DNA of 64,000 bases, from the NCBI GenBank assembly GCA_947627295.1, contig CANQVJ010000001.1, forward strand, positions 200,755 through 264,754. The letters are read 5' to 3'. Of the stretch, positions 40,426 to 52,143 are shown piece by piece. The translations under genes and the position numbers were made by a program. The DNA is from an uncultured Clostridia bacterium (GTDB lineage: Bacteria; Bacillota; Clostridia; TANB77; CAG-508). Position 1 is the first letter of the stretch; the number at the start of each line of letters is the position of its first letter. Below the pieces are notes generated by a model. That model did no database searches, was not told the origin of the DNA, and was given only the letters and a program-made list of their open reading frames with translations.

Positions 40426-41313
40426 ATGGAAAAAATAAATTTTAAAGCATTAGATAAAACAGAGCTTGTAGGCTTATTATATAATGAAAATACAAAAACT
40501 CAAGATGTTATAATTGCAGTACATGGCATGACTAGCAATTGTTTTAAAAGAAGGGATGAAATAATTGCAAAAAAGGCAAATGAAAATAATATAGATTATT
40601 TTTGTTTCAATAATAGAGGGTCGGATTTAGCAAAATATATTAAGAAAAAAGAAAATGGAAAATCAATTACAACATTGGGTGGCATGTCGTATGAAAATGT
40701 AAAAGAAAGCCATTATGATGTTATTGGGGCAATAAAAGCTATGAAAAAGTTAGGATACAAAAACATTTATTTACAAGGACATAGCTTAGGAAGCACTAAA
40801 GTTGTATATGCATATAAAAAAATGAGGGAAGGAAATTTAGAAGATTTGGAGAATATTAAAGGTGTGATATTGCTTTCATTAGTTGATATTCCTTCAGTTC
40901 TAAAATTCTTCTTAAAAGATAAAAGCACAGATTATATTGAACTTGCCAAAACAAAAATAGAAGAAGGAAAAGGCATGGAACTTATGCCAAGAGAGAGTTT
41001 TATTCATCCAATTTGTGCAAAATCATTTATACAATATGCTGTTGAAAATGAAGAGTTCGACTTCATAAATATCCAAAAAGATAGAAGTTTAGTAGACCTA
41101 AACAATATTGAAGTTCCTATATTTATGAGGTGGGGCAATGTTGAAGAACTAATTTTACAAGAGGCAAGTGAACATGTAAAAACTATAAGAAGAATTATAA
41201 AAAATAAAAAGGCTGATATTAATTATATTGAAGGAGCCGACCACAGTTACCATGGTAAAGAAGAAACATTGTCAAACCAAATTATTGAATTTATAAAAGG
41301 TGAAAAAGGATGA
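40426..41313 (+). CDS. alpha/beta hydrolase
   Basis: GHSLGS nucleophile elbow. Confidence 0.7.
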   Translation: MEKINFKALDKTELVGLLYNENTKTQDVIIAVHGMTSNCFKRRDEIIAKKANENNIDYFCFNNRGSDLAKYIKKKENGKSITTLGGMSYENVKESHYDVIGAIKAMKKLGYKNIYLQGHSLGSTKVVYAYKKMREGNLEDLENIKGVILLSLVDIPSVLKFFLKDKSTDYIELAKTKIEEGKGMELMPRESFIHPICAKSFIQYAVENEEFDFINIQKDRSLVDLNNIEVPIFMRWGNVEELILQEASEHVKTIRRIIKNKKADINYIEGADHSYHGKEETLSNQIIEFIKGEKG

Positions 41314-41972
41314 GAATAAGATATAAAAAATGGGCAAGACCAGAGCTTGAAGCATGTGAATTTTATATAGATGACCCAGAAAATTGGAAGGGCAAATGGA
41401 AAAATTTTTTTAAAAACCCAAACCAACCATTACATTTAGAATTGGGTTGTGGAAAAGGAAATTTTATTTCACAAATTGGTTTAGAAAATCCAAATATAAA
41501 TTACATTGCAATTGATTTAGTAGATCCAATGTTGGGGCTTGCAAAAAGAAGTGTTGAACAAAAATATGAGGAAGCAAAAAAAGAGGTTGATAATGTTGTT
41601 TTAACAAGATTTGATATTTCTAGAATATTACTAATAATGTGTGATAAAGACGAAGTTGAAAGAATTTATATAAATTTTTGCAACCCATGGCCAAGGGGAA
41701 AACATAGAAAAAGGCGATTGACCCATTCGATTCAATTGGAAAAATATAAAGAGTTCTTAAGCAAAAACGGAGAAATATATTTTAAAACAGATGATGAAGA
41801 TTTATTTGCTTCAACCCTTGTATACCTCAAAGAAAGCGGGTTTGAAGTGGTAAAGAAAACATATGATTTACATAGTGAAAAAATATTTGAAAACAATATT
41901 GAAACAGAACATGAGAAAATGTTTAGTGAGCAGGGAATAAAAATAAAAGCATTAATTGCAAGGAGAATTTAA
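41310..41972 (+). CDS. trmB: tRNA (guanine46-N7)-methyltransferase
   Basis: LELGCGKGNF SAM-binding motif; TrmB family length. Confidence 0.85.
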   Translation: MRIRYKKWARPELEACEFYIDDPENWKGKWKNFFKNPNQPLHLELGCGKGNFISQIGLENPNINYIAIDLVDPMLGLAKRSVEQKYEEAKKEVDNVVLTRFDISRILLIMCDKDEVERIYINFCNPWPRGKHRKRRLTHSIQLEKYKEFLSKNGEIYFKTDDEDLFASTLVYLKESGFEVVKKTYDLHSEKIFENNIETEHEKMFSEQGIKIKALIARRI

Positions 41973-42492
41973 AGTGGAAGAACCAGATGTAACAAAAATG
42001 AAAGAAAATAGTACAAATAGGGATTATGTTCTTGAAGCAGTTAGCAAAAGAGGGAAGCTCTTGGAGTTTGCTGACCCTAAATTACAAGACGATTTTGAAG
42101 TTGTAAAAGCGGCTCTTGAAAACGACGGAGAGGCCTTAGAATTTGCATCAGAAAAATTAAAAGATAATAAGGAAATTGCCCTTCTTGCAATAAAAGGAGC
42201 TGCTTGGACAACCTGCTATTTATCAGATAGATTAAAAAACGATAGAGAAGTTATGTTAGAAAGTGTAAAGTTAGACGGGCAAACACTCTATTTTGCAAGT
42301 AAAGAATTAAGAAGTGATAGAGAAGTAGTAAAAACTGCAGTACAAAATAAAGGGCTAATTTTAAAATATGCAAGCCATGAACTACGCAGTGATAAAGAAA
42401 TTGCAGAAATTGCAATTAACCAAAATAAAGAGGCTTATTATTTTATAACAGAAGAACTAAGAAAGGAGCTTGAAAATGGCAAAAATAATTAA
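41956..42492 (+). CDS. DUF4116 repeat protein
   Basis: Repeated DREVVxxAVxxNGxxLxYASxELKxDKEI units. Confidence 0.6.
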   Translation: MQGEFKVEEPDVTKMKENSTNRDYVLEAVSKRGKLLEFADPKLQDDFEVVKAALENDGEALEFASEKLKDNKEIALLAIKGAAWTTCYLSDRLKNDREVMLESVKLDGQTLYFASKELRSDREVVKTAVQNKGLILKYASHELRSDKEIAEIAINQNKEAYYFITEELRKELENGKNN

Positions 42493-43315
42493 AGGAAAAG
42501 AAATTGCAAAGAAAATCAGGCAAGAATTAAAACAAGAGGTTGTAGAAAAAAATCTGAAGCCCAAACTATCTGTTATAATGGTTGGTAATGACGAAGCTTC
42601 AAAAATATATGTTAGGAATAAAAATAGAGCTTGTGAGGAAATAGGGATTGAATTTGAAGAACATCTTTTGCCAGAAGAAACTTCAATGGAAGAATTGCTA
42701 GGACTAATAGAAAAACTAAATAATGATGAAACAGTTTCAGGAATTCTTTTGCAAAGTCCAATTCCAAGGCATCTAAATATCAAAAAAGCATTTGAAACAA
42801 TTAGTCCTAAAAAAGATGTAGACGGCTTTAACCCTGTAAATATAGGAAGGCTAGAAATTGGTGAGCCTACATTTGTTTCATGCACACCTTTTGGAGTTTT
42901 AAAAATGCTTAAAGAAGAAAAAATTGAAATCGAAGGCAAAACGGCCGTAGTTATTGGTAGGAGCAATATTGTTGGAAAACCACTAATTCAACTTTTACTA
43001 AATAAAAATGCCACAGTTGTTGTAACTCACTCAAAAACAAAAAATCTAGAGCAATACACAAAACAAGCTGACATTTTGATTTCAGCAGTTGGAAAGCCTA
43101 AATTCATAAAAAAAGATATGGTAAAAGAAGGAGCAGTTATAATAGATGTTGGAATTAACAGATTGCAAGACACAAAGAAAATTGTTGGTGATGTTGATTT
43201 TGAAGATGTGTTTGAGAAAGTAAGTTATATAACACCGGTGCCGGGTGGGGTCGGTCCTATGACAATAGCAATGTTAATGCACAATGTTGTTACTGCTGCA
43301 AAGAATAAAAGTTAA
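42470..43315 (+). CDS. folD: bifunctional methylenetetrahydrofolate dehydrogenase/cyclohydrolase
   Basis: GKxAVVIGRSNIVGKP; PVPGGVGPMT. Confidence 0.92.
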   Translation: MKMAKIIKGKEIAKKIRQELKQEVVEKNLKPKLSVIMVGNDEASKIYVRNKNRACEEIGIEFEEHLLPEETSMEELLGLIEKLNNDETVSGILLQSPIPRHLNIKKAFETISPKKDVDGFNPVNIGRLEIGEPTFVSCTPFGVLKMLKEEKIEIEGKTAVVIGRSNIVGKPLIQLLLNKNATVVVTHSKTKNLEQYTKQADILISAVGKPKFIKKDMVKEGAVIIDVGINRLQDTKKIVGDVDFEDVFEKVSYITPVPGGVGPMTIAMLMHNVVTAAKNKS

Positions 43316-43362
43316 AAACAAGCATATACATTAATTAGGAAAATCATATTGGGGGATTTGAT

Positions 43363-44583
43363 ATGAAAAGAAAATTAATGTATATGTTTTTAATTTTTGC
43401 GATTTTAGGTTCTGTAACATTTAGAACTTTTGCCGAAGAGCAGGATGTTCATGTATGGTCAGAGGGCTTGGAAAACACAAATGAAACAATAGCAGAAATT
43501 GCAGACGAAAACACTTTGGGGTTGCAATCTGGCTCAGCAATTTTAATTGAACAAACAACAGGCCAGGTGATTTATTCATATAATTCTCATGAGCAGCTAA
43601 GGCCGGCTTCTGTAACCAAAATTATGAGTATTTTGCTGATTATGGAGCAAATTGAAAAGGGTGCACTTTCATATGAAGACAAAGTTACTTGTTCTAGCAA
43701 TGCTGCTGCAATGGGCGGTTCACAAATTTGGTTGGATACAACTGAAACCCTTACAGTTGATGAAATGTTAAAGGCAATTTGTGTAGCTTCTGCAAACGAT
43801 TGTGTTGTAGCTATGGCAGAGCACATCGCGGGCACAGAAGAAGCATTTGTTCAAATGATGAACGATAAAGCAAAAGAGCTTGGTATGAACGATACCAATT
43901 TTAAGAATTGCCATGGAATCGACGAGGACGGCCATGTGAGCTCAAGTTACGATATTGCTTTAATGTCTAAGGAACTACTTAATAAATATCCAGAAATCAC
44001 GAAATATACAACAATTTGGATTGATAGCCTAAGGGACGGAAAGTCTGAGCTAGTCAACACGAATAAACTGGTAAGAAATTATGAGGGTGCAACAGGGTTG
44101 AAGACTGGGTCGACTTCGCTTGCACTATACAACCTTTCAGCAAGTGCAACAAGAAATGGCTTGAATCTAATTGCAGTAATTATGAAAGCACCAAGTACAA
44201 AAGTTAGGTTTGAAGAGGCGCAAAAATTATTAGATTACGGGTTTAGCAATTTTCAATTTAAAGAATTTGGAATAAAGGACGAGGTCATTTCAAATGTGTT
44301 AGTTGAAAAAGGTTTGGAAGATAATGTGGATTTAAAATTTGAAAACACCTCAGGAGTGCTTATAAAAAAGGGAGAAGACAAAAACATAGAGCAAGAAATG
44401 GTTTTGGAGCAAAGTGTTAAAGCACCTGTTGAAGAAGGCCAAAAATTAGGAGAAATGAAATATAAAATTCAAGGAGAAACAATTGCAAGTTGCAATTTGG
44501 TTGCTACAAAAAATATTGAAAAAATAAATTTCTTAACAACTACAAAAAATGTATATTCTACATGGCTTAACTTGCTAAGATAA
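43363..44583 (+). CDS. D-alanyl-D-alanine carboxypeptidase (S11, PBP5-like)
   Basis: Signal peptide; SVTK, SANDC and KTG motifs. Confidence 0.85.
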   Translation: MKRKLMYMFLIFAILGSVTFRTFAEEQDVHVWSEGLENTNETIAEIADENTLGLQSGSAILIEQTTGQVIYSYNSHEQLRPASVTKIMSILLIMEQIEKGALSYEDKVTCSSNAAAMGGSQIWLDTTETLTVDEMLKAICVASANDCVVAMAEHIAGTEEAFVQMMNDKAKELGMNDTNFKNCHGIDEDGHVSSSYDIALMSKELLNKYPEITKYTTIWIDSLRDGKSELVNTNKLVRNYEGATGLKTGSTSLALYNLSASATRNGLNLIAVIMKAPSTKVRFEEAQKLLDYGFSNFQFKEFGIKDEVISNVLVEKGLEDNVDLKFENTSGVLIKKGEDKNIEQEMVLEQSVKAPVEEGQKLGEMKYKIQGETIASCNLVATKNIEKINFLTTTKNVYSTWLNLLR

Positions 44584-44602
44584 GAATAAAAAAATATAAA
44601 CC

Positions 44603-45827
44603 GTGAATAATAAAATTATGAAAAAGAAAATTTTAATATTTACGGTTTTATTAATTATATATACTTATGTGGTTGCAATAGGAAGCATCCCAAGCAATCT
44701 TGTGATTTTTGAAGGAGAAAAAATTTCGCTAAAAACATTGCTAGGGATAACATTGGATGTAGAAGAAAACGAAGAGACCGTCCAAACTTCTTCTAATTCA
44801 AAAAACAAGCAAAAAGTTGCAGTAAAACTATTTAACAATTTTGAAGTAAAAGATTTAAATGTAGATGTTTTGCCAAGAACAAAAGTAATTCCAGTTGGTA
44901 ATATTGCAGGATTAAAACTTTATACAAGTGGAGTGCTTGTTGTTGGTATGACTGAAATTAAGGGAATTGATAATAAAAAGTACAAGCCCTTCCAAAATTC
45001 AGGAATTGAAGAAGGAGACAGAATTATTTCAATTGAAAATGAAAATATATCAACAGTAAACGACCTAACAAAAGAAGTAAATAATTCTAAAGGGAAGGAT
45101 ATAAAAATAAAATATATTCACAAAGAAGAAAGCAAGGAATGTAGCATTACACCAGTTCAAACAGGGAAAGAGGAATATAAACTGGGGCTATGGGTGAGGG
45201 ACAGCACTGCAGGGGTCCGGTACGGTCACTTTTTATGAGCCTTCTTCACAAATGTTTGCAGCTCTTGGGCACCGGTATTACTGATATTGACACAGGCGAC
45301 CTTATTACAATTTCATCAGGAGAATTTATTACAAGCAGGATTTTGAATATTACAAAAGGAGTTGCAGGAACTCCTCGGCAAAATACAAGGAAGCATAGAA
45401 AATGGAGAAGAAATAGGGAAGATATATAAAAATTCGCCCTTTGGGGTATATGGAAAAGTAGAAAATATTGCTGCTTTGAATTTGGATTCAGGAAAGGAAA
45501 TGGAAGTTGCTTTAAGAGAAGAAATCAAACTTGGAGAAGCAACCATACTTTGTAGCCTGGATAATAAAACTACAAAAGAATATAAAATTGAAATAGAAAA
45601 AATCTATTTAGACAACAACTATGATAATAAAAGTATGAGAATAAAAATTACAGATGAAGAGCTGTTAGAAAAAACAGGTGGAATTATTCAAGGCATGAGT
45701 GGAGCAGCAATAATACAAAATCGGAAAATTTGTAGGATGTGTAACAAATGTGCTTGTAAATACGCCACAGGAAGGGTTTGCTGTATTTGGAGATATGATG
45801 TTAAAGCAAATGCACTCAGTAGACTAA
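44603..45827 (+). CDS. spoIVB: stage IV sporulation protein B (S55 peptidase); four in-frame CGG codons (45218, 45273, 45376, 45722) each followed by a +1 continuation
   Basis: PDZ domain followed by the peptidase; restored sequence LGLWVRDSTAGVGTVTFYEPSS..AALGHGITD ... TPGKIQGS ... IIQNGKFVGCVTNVLVNTPQEGFAVFGDMML. Confidence 0.85.
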
Positions 45828-45886
45828 AAAGTACTTGCAATTTTCACAAAAAAATTATATAATGCATAATGTAAAGTGATAGGAGT

Positions 45887-47284
45887 GTGTGGAAAATGCC
45901 AAATATAGAAAATATAAAGAAATATAAAAATGTGCATATGATAGGAATTGGCGGAGTTAGTATGAGTGGAATTGCTGCAATTTTAAGAAATTGGGGCTTT
46001 ACAGTTACAGGGTATGACGATAGCCCTTCAGATAACACAAGAAAAATGGAAGAACTAGGAGTAAAAGTTTCAATAGGGGAAGTAGATGAAGAAAGCATCA
46101 AAAAGAGTGATGTTGTTATATATTCAGCAGCAATAAAAGAAACTCACCCAGAAATGGAAGTTGCAAGAAAAAACAATATTCCTACAATTGAAAGAGCAGA
46201 TTTTTTAGGAAAAATTACAAGATGTTTTAAAGATACAATTTGTATATCTGGTACACATGGAAAAAGTACTACAACATCAATGGTTGCACTTTGTTTTATG
46301 GAAGCATTAAGAGACCCAAGTATTCAAGTTGGAGCATTTTTAAAACCAATAAACGGAAACTACAAAGTTGGTTCAAGTGAAGATTTCATAATAGAAGCAT
46401 GTGAATATGTTGAGAGCTTCTTAAAATTTAGTCCAAAAGCAGAAATAATTTTAAATATAGATAATGATCATTTAGATTATTTTAAAACAATAGAAAATGT
46501 TAAAAAAGCATTTATAAAATATATTAAACTATTACCAAAAGACGGAATTTTAGTATATAATGCAGACGATAAAAATAGCAGTGATTTACCTAAATATACA
46601 AAGGCAAAATCAATTTCATATGGAATTACAAACAAAGATGTAAACTTTTTTGCGGTAAACATTGTATTTGATAAAGAAGGTTTTGCTGAATTTGATGTTT
46701 ACCACGACGATGTTTTCTATGATAGAATTAAACTTTCAATTCCAGGTATGCACAATGTTTTAAATACTTTAGCATGTATTGCTCTTTGTAATGAATATGG
46801 AATTGATAGCAAAACAATAAAAGCAGCCCTATTAAAATTCAAAGGAGCAGATAGGAGATTTGAATTTAAGGGTAAAGTTAATGGAGCAAAAGTATATGAC
46901 GACTATGGTCATCACCCTACAGAAATAGTGGCAACTGCAAAATCACTTATGAACAAAAAATATGAAAAATCATGGGTAGTATTCCAACCACACACATATA
47001 GCCGTACAGTAAATTTACTTTCAGATTTTGCAAAAGCATTACTAAATTTTGATAATATAATAATTTTAGACATATATGCAGCAAGGGAGAAAAATCCAAA
47101 GGGAATTACATCACAAATTCTAGTAGACAAATTAGCAGATTTAGGAAAACAAGCAAAGTATATTCCAGACTTTGACGACTGTGCAAATTACCTAAAAGAA
47201 AATGTAGGAAAGAACGATATAGTAATAACTTTAGGCGCAGGAACAGTTACAAAAATAGGTCCAATGATTGTCGAAAAAAAATGA
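45887..47284 (+). CDS. murC: UDP-N-acetylmuramate--L-alanine ligase
   Basis: GIGGVSMSGIA and GTHGKSTTT motifs. Confidence 0.92.
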   Translation: MWKMPNIENIKKYKNVHMIGIGGVSMSGIAAILRNWGFTVTGYDDSPSDNTRKMEELGVKVSIGEVDEESIKKSDVVIYSAAIKETHPEMEVARKNNIPTIERADFLGKITRCFKDTICISGTHGKSTTTSMVALCFMEALRDPSIQVGAFLKPINGNYKVGSSEDFIIEACEYVESFLKFSPKAEIILNIDNDHLDYFKTIENVKKAFIKYIKLLPKDGILVYNADDKNSSDLPKYTKAKSISYGITNKDVNFFAVNIVFDKEGFAEFDVYHDDVFYDRIKLSIPGMHNVLNTLACIALCNEYGIDSKTIKAALLKFKGADRRFEFKGKVNGAKVYDDYGHHPTEIVATAKSLMNKKYEKSWVVFQPHTYSRTVNLLSDFAKALLNFDNIIILDIYAAREKNPKGITSQILVDKLADLGKQAKYIPDFDDCANYLKENVGKNDIVITLGAGTVTKIGPMIVEKK

Positions 47285-47387
47285 AAAAATAGTAAAAAAA
47301 AGAAGGATTTTAAATTTTTGTGAAGAATATAATAAATGTACATACTATATGTACAAAATTCACTTTTAAGGAAGGCGGTGTACACCA

Positions 47388-47702
47388 ATGCAAATTACAG
47401 ACGTACGTTTAAGAAAAGTTAATTCAGAGAACAGAATGAAAGCTGTTGCCTCTGTAACATTCGATAACGAATTCGCAGTTCACGATATTAAAGTTATCGA
47501 AAGCCAAAATGGATTATTTATAGCTATGCCTAGCAGAAAAACTCCAAGCGGAGAATTCAAAGATATAGCTCATCCAATCAACGCTGAAACAAGAGAAAAG
47601 ATTCAAACAGCAATTTTAGAAGCGTATGAAGCTCCAGAAGAAGAAGCTGAAGCTCCAGCAACTGAAACTGAGGAAGTATCTGAAGAAGAATCAGCTGAAT
47701 AA
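47388..47702 (+). CDS. spoVG: septation protein SpoVG
   Basis: [11 protein letters not shown] ... [10 protein letters not shown]. Confidence 0.92.
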   Translation: MQITDVRLRKVNSENRMKAVASVTFDNEFAVHDIKVIESQNGLFIAMPSRKTPSGEFKDIAHPINAETREKIQTAILEAYEAPEEEAEAPATETEEVSEEESAE

Positions 47703-47732
47703 AAGATTAGGTGGAAATAATCATTTCCTTTA

Positions 47733-47760
47733 AAAAGCACTTGCTAAAGTGCTTTTTCTG
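47733..47760 (+). terminator. intrinsic terminator after spoVG
   Basis: agcact-tgctaa-agtgct followed by ttttt. Confidence 0.55.
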
Positions 47761-47791
47761 TTATATAATAGTATAGGAAAGAGAGGAAATT

Positions 47792-48350
47792 ATGTATTTA
47801 ATTGTTGGATTAGGAAATCCAGAAGAAGATTATAGTAGAACAAGGCACAACATGGGTTTTAATGTAATCAATCAAATTGCAAAAAAATATGAAATAGAAG
47901 TTACTAGAAAAAAGCATAAGTCCCTTATGGGAAAAGGCATGATTGAAGAAAATAAAGTAATATTATTAAAACCACAAACATTTATGAATTCCAGTGGTGA
48001 AGCTATAAAAGAAGTTAAGGATTTTTATAAAATAGAAAATGAAAATATAATTGTAATTTATGATGATATAGATATTGAACCTGGAATTATTAAACTACGC
48101 AAAAAGGGTGGGCCTCGGAACACATAATGGTATGAAATCAGTAGTAAAAGAATTAAACACTCAAACCTTTCCAAGGGTTAGAGTTGGAATAGGCTTACCA
48201 GATGAAGATGTAGATTTAATAGAATATGTAATTGGGCCTATTGATGAAGAAGATATTTCAGTACTTGAAAAGGGTGTTCAAGAAGCATCAGAAGCAGTAA
48301 TTGAAATACTTAAAAATGGAATAGACATAGCAATGAATAAATTTAATTAA
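47792..48350 (+). CDS. pth: peptidyl-tRNA hydrolase; in-frame CGG at 48116-48118 followed by a +1 continuation
   Basis: LIVGLGNPG-type N-terminus. The 0 frame ends ..KKGGPRNT*. The +1 frame gives GTHNGMKSVVKEL.., the conserved GGHNG region. Confidence 0.88.
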
Positions 48351-48355
48351 AAAGG

Positions 48356-49564
48356 ATGAGCGTGTATATGTTAGAACTTATAATAAACAAAAAAAAGGAA
48401 GAAAAAGAAATTGAGCTTGTTAAAGACGGAGAGCTAATTGAATACTACAAAGAAGATAAAGAAGAAGAAAGAAATGAAGGAAATATATATGTAGGAATTG
48501 TTAAAGATATTTTAATTGGCATGCAATCTGCATTTATAGATATTGGAACAAATAAAAAAGGTTTTATTCATTTAAAAGATATATTACCAAAAAGAGATAT
48601 TAGAAAACAAACAGAACCACCAAAAAAATTCAAAATCAATGAGGTAATTAAACCAAATGAGCCAATCATTGTTCAAGTAAAAAAAGATAGTAATGATAGA
48701 AAAGGTGCTAAAGTTTCAACACATATTAATTTACCAAGCAAGTACATAGTGTTTACACCAAACACAGATATTATTACAGTATCTCAAAAAATTGAAGATG
48801 AGAAAGAAGCCAATAGATTAATTGAACTTGCCAAAAAAACAGTTTCTCCAAATAATGGTGTAATAATTAGAACATCTGCAGTAGGCAAAACAGACGAAGT
48901 TATTGAAGATATTAAAAACCAAGAAGCTAAATGGGAAGGAATTAATAAAAAGTACAAAGCCTTTATAGAAAAAAACATAAAAACTCCAACACTAATCTAT
49001 CAAAATGATAATATAATTGAAAAGCTATTAATGGATTTACTTCCAAACCAAGTTGAAAGAGTTATTGTGAATGATAAAGAAGATTATAAACTAATTGAAA
49101 AATGTATCAACAATAATAAAGAATTAAAAAGCATAGAGCTTAAGGTAAAAGATATTGAAGAAATTGAAAATGCATATAATTTAGATGCACAAAAAGAAAA
49201 AATGGAAAACAGAAAGATATGGCTAAAAAGTGGTGGATTTATAACTATAGATAAAACTGAAGCTCTTATTGCAATAGATGTAAACACAGGTAAATACACA
49301 GGAAATAAAACATTGGAAGATACAGTTTTTACAGTTAATAAAGAAGCAACTATTGAAATTGCAAAACAACTTCGCTTAAGAGATATTGGTGGAATTATAA
49401 TAATTGATTACATTGATATGAATAGTGAAGAAAATAAAGCGAAAATTGAAAAACTATTAAAAGACGAATTAAAACATGATAGAACAAAAACTCAAGTTGA
49501 AGGATTTACAAAATTAGATTTAATAGAACTTACAAGAAAACATATTTGTAGCCATAAAGAGTAG
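48356..49564 (+). CDS. rng: ribonuclease E/G family protein
   Basis: S1 domain (GNIYVGIVKDI) and catalytic domain (IDVNTGKYTG). Confidence 0.8.
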   Translation: MSVYMLELIINKKKEEKEIELVKDGELIEYYKEDKEEERNEGNIYVGIVKDILIGMQSAFIDIGTNKKGFIHLKDILPKRDIRKQTEPPKKFKINEVIKPNEPIIVQVKKDSNDRKGAKVSTHINLPSKYIVFTPNTDIITVSQKIEDEKEANRLIELAKKTVSPNNGVIIRTSAVGKTDEVIEDIKNQEAKWEGINKKYKAFIEKNIKTPTLIYQNDNIIEKLLMDLLPNQVERVIVNDKEDYKLIEKCINNNKELKSIELKVKDIEEIENAYNLDAQKEKMENRKIWLKSGGFITIDKTEALIAIDVNTGKYTGNKTLEDTVFTVNKEATIEIAKQLRLRDIGGIIIIDYIDMNSEENKAKIEKLLKDELKHDRTKTQVEGFTKLDLIELTRKHICSHKE

Positions 49565-49577
49565 GGGGTAAACAAAA

Positions 49578-50813
49578 ATGGATAATTCAAAATTTGTTGA
49601 CGAAATAAGAAAAATTGAAGAAGAAGCCAAGTTTCTTGGAACAGTCAATTTAGAAGGTGAACAAAGAAAAGTATTTCTAGAGTTAGAAAGAGAAGTTGAC
49701 GAACAAGGAAACTTCTATGATATAGAAAAGTTCTATATTGAAAATTTAGAAGGTGAATTAGAGTTTGTTGCTGGTAATAATCCAAACGACGGATTACCAC
49801 TTACTCTTTCTCAAAAGTATCAAGGTAATGACAATTTATTAGAACAACTTGAAAATTTAGAAGAAAATATAAAAGGTGCAATGGAAAGACTAAATGAAAG
49901 AGCAAAACAAATGGGGCTTAATAAAGACGATATAGTTTCATTAGAAGAAGTAGACCCTAACCAAGAAATTGAAGAAGAAGAAAAAGAACCTCAAGAGCAA
50001 GAAGAGGAGCCAAAAGAATTAACTAAGGAGCAAACAGAACAATTAGTTATTAAAGAAAAAACAAAGGCAAACCAATTTGTTAAAGGTGAATCTTTAACTC
50101 AGAAAATGGGGATTAATAAATTAGATGAAGTAAAAGGTAAAAGCGTTGTTTCAATTGCAAGAGCTGTTACCAGAGGCGGAGAAGATAAAATTGTTGCAGT
50201 ATTAAATGACGGTTCCTCAATAGATTTAGAAAAAGCAGGTATCTTAAAAAAAGATGCTAGCATGGGTACAAGTAAAGCTCAACAACACGCAACAATAGAA
50301 AGTGAAGACGGAAAAATATCATTAGAAGCTGCAACAAGTAGATATCAAATAAATGGTAGAAGTGGTGAATTCCTTGAGTTTGGTTGGGACCAAGATAGAA
50401 GCGGAAAAGAAATTAAATACACTATGGATTCTCACGAAAATGAAGAAGGAAGAGGAAAAATTTCAATAGAGTTAAAGAATTCAAATATTAGTATTGCAGA
50501 AAGTCATGATGTTAGAAAATACTTGCTTGAAAACATTAATGGACAAGGAGAGCATGGTGCATTTCATATGAAGGAAAAAATCAGAGAAGAAGCAAGAATA
50601 CATGGAGTTAGCAAAGAAGATGATGATAACATAAAAAATGACGGAAAGCATTATAATGATAGAGATAAAATTGCTGGGGGAGTTGGAATAAACCAAGTAG
50701 ATAGCAATAAAAGTAATGACAGAGGACATGTTCATAATAATGATGAAGAAATAGAATATGAGGTTCATGACCATATTCCACCTGGAGAAATGCCATATTA
50801 TAGACAACATTAA
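49578..50813 (+). CDS. hypothetical acidic protein
   Basis: 411-aa ORF with E/D-rich segments; no family recognised. Confidence 0.4.
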   Translation: MDNSKFVDEIRKIEEEAKFLGTVNLEGEQRKVFLELEREVDEQGNFYDIEKFYIENLEGELEFVAGNNPNDGLPLTLSQKYQGNDNLLEQLENLEENIKGAMERLNERAKQMGLNKDDIVSLEEVDPNQEIEEEEKEPQEQEEEPKELTKEQTEQLVIKEKTKANQFVKGESLTQKMGINKLDEVKGKSVVSIARAVTRGGEDKIVAVLNDGSSIDLEKAGILKKDASMGTSKAQQHATIESEDGKISLEAATSRYQINGRSGEFLEFGWDQDRSGKEIKYTMDSHENEEGRGKISIELKNSNISIAESHDVRKYLLENINGQGEHGAFHMKEKIREEARIHGVSKEDDDNIKNDGKHYNDRDKIAGGVGINQVDSNKSNDRGHVHNNDEEIEYEVHDHIPPGEMPYYRQH

Positions 50814-50843
50814 AAAAGAGCGAAGATTTCGCTCTTTTTTAAA
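50812..50843. terminator. bidirectional intrinsic terminator
   Basis: aaaaaa-gagcgaa-gattt-cgctc-tttttt. Confidence 0.65.
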
Positions 50844-51702
50844 CAGGTTCAACATGAACAATTGTCTTAGCAATTTTTTCTAAACTGGTAACTTCGTTTT
50901 CAATATTATCTGCAAGAGTGTGGCTTTCAAATGTAGACATATTGCCGTCAACAGCAATAGTAATAAAAACTACATGTTGATAACCAGTTGGAGTAGAAAA
51001 AATGCTAACTACATCTTTAACTTCTTTATGATTTTTTATAATCTTTAAAATTTCTTCAGACTTTTTTTCATCAATTGAAATATCCATTAATATATTATAG
51101 CTCTCAAGAAAAATTGTAATTCCTGTATAACATATCCAAAGTGAAATTCCAATTCCTACAACACTATCAACCCATGTGATGCCAATTAAAGAAAGTAAAA
51201 CTGAAATTAGAGTAAATGTTGTTACAAAACAATCATTTCTATGATCTTTCATATTTGCCTTTAAAAGCAAACTATTATATTTCTTTTGTAAATATCTTGT
51301 ATATAAAAATAGAATAAGTTTTATAATAATAGTAATTATACAAACAAGTGCTAAAAACCAAGAGAAGTGGAGTTCAGAGCCAACTATTAGAGTATATACA
51401 GAATCATAAAAAAGTTTAAATGAAGCAATTATCATTGCAATACTTATAAACATTGAAAATATATACTCAGCCTTTCCGTGGCCAAAATTGTGGTCATCAT
51501 CACTTGGAGCACTTGCAATTTTAGTACCAATAAAAGTCATAAGTGAGGCAAAAATATCACCAGCACTATTAATACTATCTGCAATCATAGCTTGACTTTT
51601 ACACCAAAATCCTACAATGGATTTTATTAACAATAAAAATAAATTACCTAAAACACCGAAGATACCGGCCTTTTTGATACTCTTATATCTCGAATTTTCC
51701 AA
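50839..51702 (-). CDS. cation diffusion facilitator family transporter
   Basis: CDF signature and TM domain; C-terminal cytoplasmic domain with HxxxD. Confidence 0.85.
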   Translation of the reverse strand: MENSRYKSIKKAGIFGVLGNLFLLLIKSIVGFWCKSQAMIADSINSAGDIFASLMTFIGTKIASAPSDDDHNFGHGKAEYIFSMFISIAMIIASFKLFYDSVYTLIVGSELHFSWFLALVCIITIIIKLILFLYTRYLQKKYNSLLLKANMKDHRNDCFVTTFTLISVLLSLIGITWVDSVVGIGISLWICYTGITIFLESYNILMDISIDEKKSEEILKIIKNHKEVKDVVSIFSTPTGYQHVVFITIAVDGNMSTFESHTLADNIENEVTSLEKIAKTIVHVEPV

Positions 51703-51811
51703 AACAAAAAACCTCCGTAAAACAATTATAACATATTAAAATTATATTTGCAAAAAAAAAATTAATATGTTATAATGCAAGAGATAATAGAAAACAAAAG
51801 AGGTGGAGAAA

Positions 51812-52143
51812 TGCTAATAATGGCAATTGCGTACATTTTAGTGTTTGCAGTATTCGCGTTAATTTTATATGCTTTTATGCAATTAAAATTAGCTGGAATA
51901 AATATAAAAGATTTTTATACATTTATAGAAGCAAACCAAGTGTTAGATAAATTATATCTTTTTGCAAGGCAATATGAAAATATGTCTTCACAGGAGCAAA
52001 TAATATATTTAAGAGAAGCAGAAAAAGTTTTTAGAGCTTTTGAAAAAGTCCCTACTGAATTGTGGGAAGAAGAATATAATAAATATAAAGAAGTACTTAA
52101 TAAATATAAAGATATTAGAATGGTCAGGTGGAACAACAATTAA
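51812..52143 (+). CDS. small membrane protein (about 110 aa)
   Basis: ATG after AGAGGTGGAG; one TM helix. The track ORF starts at 51775. Confidence 0.4.
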